DNA from: Candidatus Kaelpia imicola | GTDB taxonomy: Bacteria > Omnitrophota > Gorgyraeia > Kaelpiales > Kaelpiaceae | Assembly: GCA_030765505.1 (NCBI GenBank) | Contig: JAVCCL010000004.1 | Span: 35,933-99,932, forward strand | Direction: 5' to 3' | DNA: 64,000 nt | Part shown: positions 1 through 7,796 of the stretch, one piece after another | Layout of the letters: the number at the start of each line of letters is the position of its first letter | Position numbering within the stretch: position 1 is the stretch's first letter | The notes under the pieces: model-generated | Told to the model about the DNA's origin: nothing | The model's input: the letters and a program-made list of their open reading frames with translations, nothing else | The model's database searches: none | Position numbers and translations under genes: made by a program

Positions 1-35
1 TTTAGGCACCCTAGCATTACTAAAATGATGTATTT

Positions 36-1778
36 ATGACAAGCAGTAATTTTTTTAAATTAGAAGCAGCAGACTTAAAGAAAAGTTTTCTTGATTTAGA
101 TAGCATTCAAGATTTGGCTGCTCTTTTAGATGTAAGATGTAGCTTAGTAACATACTATGCTTTTATTCTGCCCGACAAAATAAAATATAAAAAGTTTACT
201 ATTCCTAAAAAATCTGGAGGTCAAAGAGAGATTAATGCTCCGATATTGCCATTAAAAGCAATTCAAAATAGATTAAATTTTATTCTACAAAATATTTACA
301 CCCCAAAGTCTTATGTGCATGGTTTTGTTAAAAAAAGAAGTATCCTTACTAATGCACGAAACCATGTATCTAAAAGTTTTGTTGGCAATATTGATTTAAA
401 AGATTTTTTCCCTTCTATTAATTTTGGTAGAGTTAGGGGGGTGTTCATAGCAGCTCCTTTTGAATTTAACAATAAAGTAGCAACAGCATTAGCACGTATT
501 GCATGTTTTGATAATTATTTACCGCAAGGAGCTCCGACTTCGCCTATAATTTCCAATCTCATTTGCGTTAAACTAGATAGTAGACTATCACAGCTTGCAA
601 GAAAATATGATTGTTTTTACACTCGATATGCAGATGATTTGACTTTCTCTACGTTGTCTAGTGTTTTCCCTGAAGCAATTTTAAAAAAGGAAGTAGTTAA
701 TGGTAGAGAAGATATTGTAATTGGAGAAGAATTAAAAAACACAGTGATAGATAATGGATTTAAAATAAATAAAAAGAAATTAAGATTAAAAGACAAAAGA
801 CAACGGCAAGAAGTTACAGGATTAACCACAAATGTTTTTCCAAATGTAAACAGGAAGTTTATTAGGCAGGTTTGGACGATGATTCATATGTGGTATAAGC
901 ATGGTTTAGCCTCTGCTGAGAAAGAGTATTTTAATCGCATAGACGATAAGTTTAGAAATCCGAAACATAAACGTCCGTCATTTAAAGAAATACTTGTTGG
1001 CAAGATAGATTTTATCGGGCAGATAAGGGGAAGGCAGGATAGGATTTATTTAAATTTATGTAGAACGTTTAGGAAGCTTTGTCCGAAGAAAAAATTCTAT
1101 GTTGATTATGATGATGAAAGTTTACCATTGATTATAACAGAGGGTAGTACCGATAGAATACATCTTAAGGCTGCCTTAAGAACGTTATATTCTAAAAGGT
1201 TGTATAGGTATCTAGATGTACGTTTTAATGAATATACACAAAGCATGGGTTCTGGTGCTTTGTCTAAATTATGTAAAGAGATGTGTAAAGTGCAACAACC
1301 AGTAAAAACAATATTTATTTTTGATAGTGACGAAGAGGAGTATATTGTATTTGCAAATGAGGGAGGTAGATGCGGTGCCCCTAGATATTGGGGCAATAAT
1401 GTGTTTTCCTTTTCATTGCCGATACCTCCCCACAGGCAAAAACAATCTTATATTAGTATAGAGCATTATTATAAAGATGATGAGATTAAGAGATTGGATA
1501 GTAACGGGTGTAGATTATTTTTTAAGAATGAATTTGACTGGAATACTAAGGAGCATCTTTCTGAGAATTTGAAAATAAAAGAAGACAAAAAGATAAAAGG
1601 AACAAAGCTTACCTCAATAATTGACCATAATATTGTTAGCAGTAGTAATGATGCTAATATGGTATTGTCAAAATCTCTGTTTGCAAAAAATGTGTTACAC
1701 AAAGAAAACAATTTTCACGATTTTAATTTCGATGAATTTACTAGAATCTTTGATTTAATTAATGAAATATTAAGATAA
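36..1778 (+). CDS. Retron-type reverse transcriptase fused to a C-terminal TOPRIM domain (type I-C-like retron)
   Basis: NARNH (retron region X NAxxH), LPQGAPTSP, YADD, VTGL (region Y VTG); C-terminal ITEGSTD...IFDSD TOPRIM E and DxD motifs. Confidence 0.88.
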   Translation: MTSSNFFKLEAADLKKSFLDLDSIQDLAALLDVRCSLVTYYAFILPDKIKYKKFTIPKKSGGQREINAPILPLKAIQNRLNFILQNIYTPKSYVHGFVKKRSILTNARNHVSKSFVGNIDLKDFFPSINFGRVRGVFIAAPFEFNNKVATALARIACFDNYLPQGAPTSPIISNLICVKLDSRLSQLARKYDCFYTRYADDLTFSTLSSVFPEAILKKEVVNGREDIVIGEELKNTVIDNGFKINKKKLRLKDKRQRQEVTGLTTNVFPNVNRKFIRQVWTMIHMWYKHGLASAEKEYFNRIDDKFRNPKHKRPSFKEILVGKIDFIGQIRGRQDRIYLNLCRTFRKLCPKKKFYVDYDDESLPLIITEGSTDRIHLKAALRTLYSKRLYRYLDVRFNEYTQSMGSGALSKLCKEMCKVQQPVKTIFIFDSDEEEYIVFANEGGRCGAPRYWGNNVFSFSLPIPPHRQKQSYISIEHYYKDDEIKRLDSNGCRLFFKNEFDWNTKEHLSENLKIKEDKKIKGTKLTSIIDHNIVSSSNDANMVLSKSLFAKNVLHKENNFHDFNFDEFTRIFDLINEILR

Positions 1779-2031
1779 TTTAATTAAAAATCCAACTTCA
1801 ATATGCTGTTTATGGAGTAAGTGCATATATTTTTTAAAATTTTTCAATAATCTGTACTAGATTACCTTAATATTGTTGCTTGTTCCTTTATGTGCCTAGT
1901 AAAACTGTAGATTAATTTAGAAAGGTAAGTAATATATGAACGGGATATTAAACGGACAAGAATCGGTATTTTATAAATTATTTCGGTATATTTTTTTGCT
2001 AATTTCGAGAGATATTTCTAAGGAAACCACC

Positions 2032-2141
2032 TTGAAAAGCTTATGATTTTGTGGTATAATTTAAAAGTTAAGTAAGAGTTCCTTTAAAATGTTTATTTAG
2101 CAAAGAAAAGATTTAGACGAATTAGAGATTCGTGGTATAAT
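2032..2141 (+). promoter_or_regulatory. Two tandem sigma70 extended -10 promoters
   Basis: TTGAAA(2032)-17-TATAAT(2055) and TAGACG(2114)-16-TATAAT(2136), both preceded by GTGG (TGn). Confidence 0.55.
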
Positions 2142-2522
2142 GTATCCGATAGTTCGAGAATCAATCTAAAAAATATTCCATCTAGCAGGGAAGATTAAAT
2201 TTCGGTATTTTATTCAATGTAGTATTGTCGATTAATTTAGATGTTAGTTTATAAAAAAGTTTTTTCCAATATATGGATGGATGGGGGAGCGTAGTATTGA
2301 TAAATTTTAATAACTTACGAGGAGGTGATGTCTATGAGAAATTGATATGGTAGTATTTTGTTGGTTGTTTGGGGTAGCGTAGGTCTAAGGCATTCTAAAG
2401 GAAGAAATTCCACCGTAGAGCTTATATAGAAATAATAATACATTTTCTATGAATTATTCTCCCTGAGCATTAGTCGAGGTTAAATAAAATGTTAACTTTA
2501 ACAATGTTTAAGGAGAATAATT

Positions 2523-3776
2523 ATGTATGCAGAAAACAGCAAAATTAACGTAGTATTAGTAGAGCTAGAAGTAAAAAAACATTTCCCCAAACTTTGGAAG
2601 GCTACCGAAGCTTCTTTAGCAACAGTTGCAACGCTCCTGTTGAAAAATAATGCTAACCCCACATCTTTAGTGTTGATAGGTCCAGTCTCATCTGGAAAAT
2701 CAACAGTACTAAGTTTTTTCCAAGGGTTAGAAAAGATTACTTACTGTACCGATTATTTTACAGCTAAAGCACTTGTTACTCATTATGCAAATAAAGATAA
2801 AAAGGAGCTAGATGATTTAGACCTACTTAAAAGAATCAAAGGTAAAAGTATGGTCGTTTCTGATTTAGGATGCATTTTTGGCTCCAAGAAAGATAATCTA
2901 AGAGAAACCCTAGGTATATTTACTAGAGCTTTAGATGGAGAAGGTCTTCTTACTGATTCTGGAGTTCATGGTAGGCGAGGGATTAAGGGGAGTTGTATGT
3001 TTGCAATGCTTGGAGGTACTACTCCATTTAAGTATAAAATATGGGATGAAATGGGGCGATTTGGCTCTAGGATGTTGTTTATTACAATGCCTTTTCTAGA
3101 GGATGAGACTAATGAAGATATCAAAAATGATTTTAAAGGTGAATTATCGTATTTAGAAAAAAGACAATTTTGCGGAGGGGAGGTCAATCAATATTTAAAA
3201 GATTTATGGGAAGAAACTGGCGGATTTCAATCTATCGATTGGGATGATAGTAGTACTTCAAGTGAGATTATGGATTTTATAATTGAATCTGCCAGATTGT
3301 TATCTAAGCTCAGAGGGTTAGTCCCGATATGGAACAGTAGCGATGGAGAATTCCAGTATCAACAACCTACAATAGAAGCTCCTCATAGAGCTATCTCTTT
3401 ATTTCTTAACTTAGCAAAGGGTAGGGCAATCATTAATGGAAGAAGGCAAATATGTATAAATGATATGGCTCTAGTGCTTGATGTGGCACTTAGTTCATGC
3501 CCGTCAGATAGAGGGAAGATATTTAAGGCACTGGTTAAATCGGAAAATGGTACTTTAAATACTCAAGAAGTATGCGAAGTACTCAATGTTAGTACTAAAA
3601 TAGCTTTAAGAGCTATGGAGAATTTTAGTATATTAAAAATAGTAGAGCATTACGATAGAAAGGAAGGAGTAGGTAGGCCTGGTTGTGTTATTCGCTTAAG
3701 AAAGGAAATAAAGGAGTGGACTGAAACTTCTAATTTTAAGCAATACTTTGCCGAAAACGAGAGTGATATAGGGTAA
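2523..3776 (+). CDS. MCM-like AAA+ ATPase with C-terminal winged HTH, putative replication helicase of the element
   Basis: Walker A GPVSSGKST; Walker B-like MVVSDLG; FAMLGGTTP sensor-1; GSRMLF Arg finger; HRAISLFLNLAKGRA sensor-2-like helix; LNTQEVCEVLNVS wHTH; SD AAGGAG. Confidence 0.6.
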   Translation: MYAENSKINVVLVELEVKKHFPKLWKATEASLATVATLLLKNNANPTSLVLIGPVSSGKSTVLSFFQGLEKITYCTDYFTAKALVTHYANKDKKELDDLDLLKRIKGKSMVVSDLGCIFGSKKDNLRETLGIFTRALDGEGLLTDSGVHGRRGIKGSCMFAMLGGTTPFKYKIWDEMGRFGSRMLFITMPFLEDETNEDIKNDFKGELSYLEKRQFCGGEVNQYLKDLWEETGGFQSIDWDDSSTSSEIMDFIIESARLLSKLRGLVPIWNSSDGEFQYQQPTIEAPHRAISLFLNLAKGRAIINGRRQICINDMALVLDVALSSCPSDRGKIFKALVKSENGTLNTQEVCEVLNVSTKIALRAMENFSILKIVEHYDRKEGVGRPGCVIRLRKEIKEWTETSNFKQYFAENESDIG

Positions 3777-3882
3777 TATATACAATACTTTATTATATAT
3801 ATATATAGTTATTGTTGTTATGTATCACTTAGTAAAAAGTAAAAAAACTACTAAAGAAACTACTAAAAAATGCTAGAGAAAA

Positions 3883-3942
3883 TGAACGATAAGTATGTTT
3901 TTTGTACTTATCGTTCAAGGGGGAACTATTTGGTTCCCCCTT
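3883..3942. repeat. Two abutting perfect inverted repeats
   Basis: TGAACGATAAGTA(3883-3895)/TACTTATCGTTCA(3905-3917); AAGGGGGAAC(3917-3926)/GTTCCCCCTT(3933-3942). Confidence 0.9.
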
Positions 3943-4019
3943 CAGTATAACTAAGAACTTAATGCTTTACTCTATGCTACTATTCAGCTATAATATGTTA
4001 TAAGATGTTCTAATATACT

Positions 4020-4208
4020 ATGAATATAATAAAAGAACTTAAAGATTACCGATTAAAGAACAAAATTACTCAACAAGAATTAGCTAAGATGCTAGAAGTA
4101 TCATTTGCTACTGTAAATAGGTGGTTTAATGGACATACTAAGCCTAGTGAAATACAGGAGTATCATATAAAAGAACTACTAAAAAAGGAGGAGATAAAGG
4201 CTAAATAA
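4020..4208 (+). CDS. XRE/Cro-family helix-turn-helix protein
   Basis: LKDYRLKNKITQQELAKMLEVSFATVNRWFNGHTKP is a typical HTH_3 pattern. Confidence 0.9.
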   Translation: MNIIKELKDYRLKNKITQQELAKMLEVSFATVNRWFNGHTKPSEIQEYHIKELLKKEEIKAK

Positions 4209-4235
4209 GAAAGCACTAGAAACAAGGTTTTTACA

Positions 4236-4279
4236 GGCTCATACCCGTATTGTCAGTGGTTCGAGTCCACTCACCGCCA
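4236..4279 (+). repeat. tRNA-Met(CAT) 3' half, copy 1 (attR-like)
   Basis: GGCTCATACCCGTATTGTCAGTGGTTCGAGTCCACTCACCGCCA gives CAT anticodon loop, T-arm AGTGG/CCACT and acceptor 3' strand; no 5' half. Confidence 0.85.
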
Positions 4280-4332
4280 TTTCTAATCCTACCTAATAAA
4301 TACATGCAATTTTAAAAAACTTATAAAGTAAT

Positions 4333-4360
4333 TTGACAACACGAAATTATATGGTATAAA
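4333..4360 (+). promoter_or_regulatory. sigma70 promoter
   Basis: TTGACA-16-TATAAA with TG extension. Confidence 0.55.
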
Positions 4361-4451
4361 TATATTGGAAATAAATTGCTCTTAGGGTGGGGAGCTTGAA
4401 ATAGATGAGATGAGAATAAAAGGTGTGAAAAGTAAAAAAGGAGGTTAGAAG

Positions 4452-5072
4452 ATGAAGAATTTAATAGTAATTGCGGCAATGGGGTTTTTAGGAATAACAA
4501 TGTTTAGTTTACCAAGTTTTGCTGTACCTTGGGAACAAGAAAAGATGCCTATAGATTGTGAGTACATACAACAAGAAAATCAACCAGCAATTGTCGGCAG
4601 TTTAGAAAAAATGGAATACGTCGACTTTAAGAAAGGGGCTGCTAAAGATATTGCATACTCATTAGAAGATGTTGATATGGATAGTTTAAATAAGGCCTTA
4701 GAAGTCATAGATAAAGCTTTATGTTCTTCATTGGTAGGTGGTGCATGTGTATTACCTATAGATGTTGAGAAGATAACTAGGCAACTAATGGCCATTGTAG
4801 GTGTATATTCAAAACAAGAAATGGATATTGAAGCTGAAACTGAATCTTTTACTAAAAGAATAGACGAATTTATCACGTTTAAATATCCTGATATACAAGA
4901 TTTTGCAATCGATGGCTACGTTCTGGGTATCCTTTTGAATATTTATAGTTGTGATTTAAGAAATATTTCATTTGAATGGCATGACTATAACGAAAGAGCT
5001 CTTAATGATTTAAGCAGAACTCCATTTGAATGGCATAACTATAACGAAAGAGCTTCTGATGAAGACAATTAA
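4452..5072 (+). CDS. Exported hypothetical protein with a C-terminal 18-aa tandem duplication
   Basis: SD AGGAGG; signal peptide ending SFA; FEWHDYNERA/FEWHNYNERA. Confidence 0.75.
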   Translation: MKNLIVIAAMGFLGITMFSLPSFAVPWEQEKMPIDCEYIQQENQPAIVGSLEKMEYVDFKKGAAKDIAYSLEDVDMDSLNKALEVIDKALCSSLVGGACVLPIDVEKITRQLMAIVGVYSKQEMDIEAETESFTKRIDEFITFKYPDIQDFAIDGYVLGILLNIYSCDLRNISFEWHDYNERALNDLSRTPFEWHNYNERASDEDN

Positions 5073-5095
5073 TCTTTGATTACGATCTAGATTAG

Positions 5096-5130
5096 AAAGC
5101 CCGTCATTAATTTGACGGGCTTTTCTTTTT
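5096..5130 (+). terminator. Rho-independent terminator
   Basis: AAAGCCCGTCA-ttaatt-TGACGGGCTTT followed by a T tract. Confidence 0.85.
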
Positions 5131-5185
5131 GTATATTCCTATTTAATTCCGTAGTAAAATAATACTATAAATACTAACCGCTTAA

Positions 5186-5360
5186 CCCCAAAAGGAGGCG
5201 ATGGAGGCTAAGCAGGGAAGTACTAGTAGTCAGTAGGGTCAAAACGTTAGTTTTCTGGCGTTAGCCGTGGCTCATACCCGTATTGTCAGTGGTTTAGTGG
5301 AGCATCCCGAGATAAAATATCTATAGTTGAATTTCAACGGGGCGAGTCCATCCACCGCCA
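5186..5360 (+). repeat. att-like unit, copy 2: leader plus tRNA-Met 3' half (5269-5360) with a 48-bp T-loop insert (5295-5342)
   Basis: GGCTCATACCCGTATTGTCAGTGGTT identical to copy 1, then the insert, then CGAGTCCATCCACCGCCA. Confidence 0.85.
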
Positions 5361-5424
5361 AAGTCTCTTCTTTTGATTGGCTTGTTTTTTCTTTTGCAAT
5401 AGAATATTTTTGGATTAAAATATA

Positions 5425-5706
5425 ATACAAAAGATAAAATTTGTTATTTTAACACTGTTTATTTCTGCCTGTATCTTGCCTGTTAATATTTTATATTCTC
5501 AAGAATATGGTGGTCTCACGGATTGGGAGTGGCAGGTGGTTAATGAGCTTGAGGATAGATTAGATGCTTTGGGGGATTGGCCAGATTGGGAAGATACAGA
5601 CAGAGTGGTTATGGAAGTAGCAAATAAGTATAGGCTTACTAAAGATGAACTGTATGATCTTGATGAAATAGCATTTTATTTACGGATATATTTGGGGGAT
5701 TTTTAA
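5425..5706 (+). CDS. Small exported hypothetical protein (start uncertain: ATA 5425/5434 or TTG 5476)
   Basis: Frame is open upstream of the TTG and reads IQKIKFVILTLFISACILPVNILYSQE, which is signal-peptide-like. Confidence 0.55.
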   Translation: MQKIKFVILTLFISACILPVNILYSQEYGGLTDWEWQVVNELEDRLDALGDWPDWEDTDRVVMEVANKYRLTKDELYDLDEIAFYLRIYLGDF

Positions 5707-5720
5707 AATAAAAGTTGATT

Positions 5721-5826
5721 TGTAATTTAGGTGGTTTAATGGACATACTAAACCTAGCGAGATACAAGAGTATTATATAAAAGAACTACTAAAAACCCCA
5801 AAAGGAGGAGATAAGGGCTAAATAAG
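5721..5826 (+). pseudogene. 3' remnant of the XRE-HTH gene (duplicate of ~4112-4208)
   Basis: TAGGTGGTTTAATGGACATACTAA...AAAGAACTACTAAAAA...GGCTAAATAAGAAAGCACTAGAA shared with 4118-4222. Confidence 0.85.
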
Positions 5827-5862
5827 AAAGCACTAGAAGTAAAGTTTTCTGGCATTAGCCGT

Positions 5863-5906
5863 GGCTCATACTTGTAATATTGGTGGTTCAAATCTACTCA
5901 TTGCTA
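5863..5906 (+). repeat. tRNA-Met 3' half, copy 3 (diverged, no insert)
   Basis: GGCTCATACTTGTAATATTGGTGGTTCAAATCTACTCATTGCTA, preceded by GTTTTCTGGCATTAGCCGT as in copy 2. Confidence 0.8.
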
Positions 5907-5919
5907 TATCTACATTTTA

Positions 5920-6016
5920 CCGTGGTTAATTTATGTTAAATCGGTAGATTAGCGAAGCATCTCGAATGAAAAGCATCGTAGAGTAACTTCATTTGGGGCA
6001 AATTTACTTCCCGGCA
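5920..6016 (+). repeat. Highly diverged tRNA 3' half, copy 4, with a 49-bp T-loop insert (5950-5998)
   Basis: CCGTGG...TCGGTAGAT[TAGCGAAGCATCTCG...TTTGGGG]CAAATTTACTTCCCGGCA. Confidence 0.6.
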
Positions 6017-6191
6017 TTATAACTTCAGCTGATAATCGATAATAAGCAGTGAAAATTTTATACCTCGGCAAAAATTCTATCCCAACTACGAAGTGGTTTT
6101 TTGTTTTTAGCTTATAGCCAATAGTCAAAAATATCCTGCCGTAATTTGTAAAGCACTTAAATATAAGTTATATTTATTATGAGAGGTAAGA

Positions 6192-7079
6192 ATGAAAGAT
6201 TATAAATTTAAGGTTTTTGGATTAATCTATTTAGCATTAATGAGTTGTATTTTGTTTTGCACTGACTCTGCTTATGGAAGGAGAGTTAAAGAGAGTGTTA
6301 TACAAAGAAATTTCAGTTTGATCGAAGACAGATTCAGTGAAAATATCGCTAATAAATTGTTAAACCTCAAGTTAAATGGGAGGGAGATAGGTAGAGAAGT
6401 ATTGGCAAGAGGAACTTTAATAGGAGGCCTTGAACCCGTATTAATACTTAGAGCTGTATTGGAAGATAATTTTGAAAATACTCTATTTGGTCAAGAACCA
6501 AATTGGGATGAAATTGCCAGCGAAATAAGCTTTTTTTTCGATATGGATATTGAGCAGTCCAAAAGACAATGGATTAATAAAGAAGATGTAATTGGTTGTA
6601 TGGGATATGTGTATCCCAATATATCCAAAGGAACAATAGTAAGCGTAAAGAGTATTTTTAATTATAACTATACTCACTCTGTTGCAGAATGTTTAGCAAT
6701 AAGTTTATATGATAAGGATTCAGGAATAATTGCACTAGTACATTTAAAACCCAATTTGTTTTTTTCAGAACAAGAAAAAGTTAAACTCTGGATGGAAGTA
6801 ATCAATGATACTCTATATAGGTTAAAAGACAGAGGTGCTGATTTAGGAAATTTGGAGGCAAGAATTATTGGGGGGAGCGTATATATTCTTGAAACCGGCA
6901 CATATATTTTTAAAACTGAAGAAGAAAAGATTGCTGCTGTGAAGAGAATTCTTAAAGTTTATCAAGTACTTATAAGTTTAAATATCCCGATTGTTGAAAG
7001 AGATATCTTGAGAACAGAGCGTTCTAATGATTTAATAGTCTCTGCCTATGACGGGTTATTCTATAATGTGCGCCCATAG
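6192..7079 (+). CDS. Exported protein with a C-terminal CheD-like (Cys-His) glutamine deamidase domain
   Basis: Signal peptide; THSVAECLAISLYDKDSGIIALVHL, LEARIIGG and IPIVERD match the CheD pattern. Confidence 0.7.
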   Translation: MKDYKFKVFGLIYLALMSCILFCTDSAYGRRVKESVIQRNFSLIEDRFSENIANKLLNLKLNGREIGREVLARGTLIGGLEPVLILRAVLEDNFENTLFGQEPNWDEIASEISFFFDMDIEQSKRQWINKEDVIGCMGYVYPNISKGTIVSVKSIFNYNYTHSVAECLAISLYDKDSGIIALVHLKPNLFFSEQEKVKLWMEVINDTLYRLKDRGADLGNLEARIIGGSVYILETGTYIFKTEEEKIAAVKRILKVYQVLISLNIPIVERDILRTERSNDLIVSAYDGLFYNVRP

Positions 7080-7277
7080 TATAGGGAGAGTTTGGTAATT
7101 AGTTTAATTTTGCAAAATAACAAAGAAATATAGACAAAATTAGCAAGGAAAGAACAGATAGTTAATAATTTACCAAATCCGGTGGGCTTTTCTTTTTATA
7201 TCTTTCCACCTCATTTCATAGTAAAATAATAGCAATTGCGGATGTTTTCTCCCGAATTTTAATCCAAGGATTAAATA

Positions 7278-7745
7278 ATGCAAATAGAGCAAGTTGTAAT
7301 TGATGATTTGTCAGAGATTTTAAGCTTACAGAAGTTAGCATTTCAAAATGAAGCTGAAATCTATTCTGACTGTAAAATTCCGCCTTTAACCCAAAGCTTG
7401 GAAGATATAAAAGAAGAATTTCAACAGAAAGTTTTTTTAAAAGCTGCGGTAAATAGTGAAATAATCGGTTCTGTGAGAGCATTTAAAGAAAAGAGGTCTT
7501 GTTATATTGGAAAACTTATAGTACACCCTGATTTTCAGAATCAGGGTGTCGGTACAAGGTTAATACAGGAAGTAGAGGGGATCTTTAGAGATGCTGAATA
7601 TTTTGTATTATGGACAGGACATAAAAGTGAAAAAAGTATTTGTTTTTATCAGAAGTTGGGCTATAAAGCAGTTAAGGCTACATTCGATATTAGAGATAAT
7701 AAATTTTTACGCTTAGAAAAAAGAAAATATAGAGTAACTGAGTAG
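7278..7745 (+). CDS. GNAT family N-acetyltransferase
   Basis: LIVHPDFQNQGVGT acetyl-CoA motif A; FYQKLGY. Confidence 0.92.
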   Translation: MQIEQVVIDDLSEILSLQKLAFQNEAEIYSDCKIPPLTQSLEDIKEEFQQKVFLKAAVNSEIIGSVRAFKEKRSCYIGKLIVHPDFQNQGVGTRLIQEVEGIFRDAEYFVLWTGHKSEKSICFYQKLGYKAVKATFDIRDNKFLRLEKRKYRVTE

Positions 7746-7796
7746 GTATATATTTCTTTTATCCCGTTTCAGATGTTGTTGAAAGAAGGGAATAAG

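Larger units (their letters stand above)
1..4279. mobile_element. Right-hand part of a tRNA-Met-integrated element (left end outside window)
   Basis: Defence RT, helicase-like ATPase and HTH gene, ending at an intact-looking tRNA-Met 3' half (attR-like); AT-richer than flank by eye; no integrase in the window. Confidence 0.7.

Noticed and set aside
4-20. GCACCCTAGC resembling the Ec86 msr start (CACCCTTAGC)
   Set aside because: No complementary a2 arm was found downstream and the window edge prevents folding, so it cannot be supported.
36-1778. Group II intron or DGR reverse transcriptase
   Set aside because: It has retron NAxxH/VTG motifs and a TOPRIM tail. No maturase domain, intron domain V, avd gene or TR/VR pair was seen.
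1942-1956. GGGATATTAAACGGA also present inside prfA (~26166)
   Set aside because: Single short match with no extension; probably chance.
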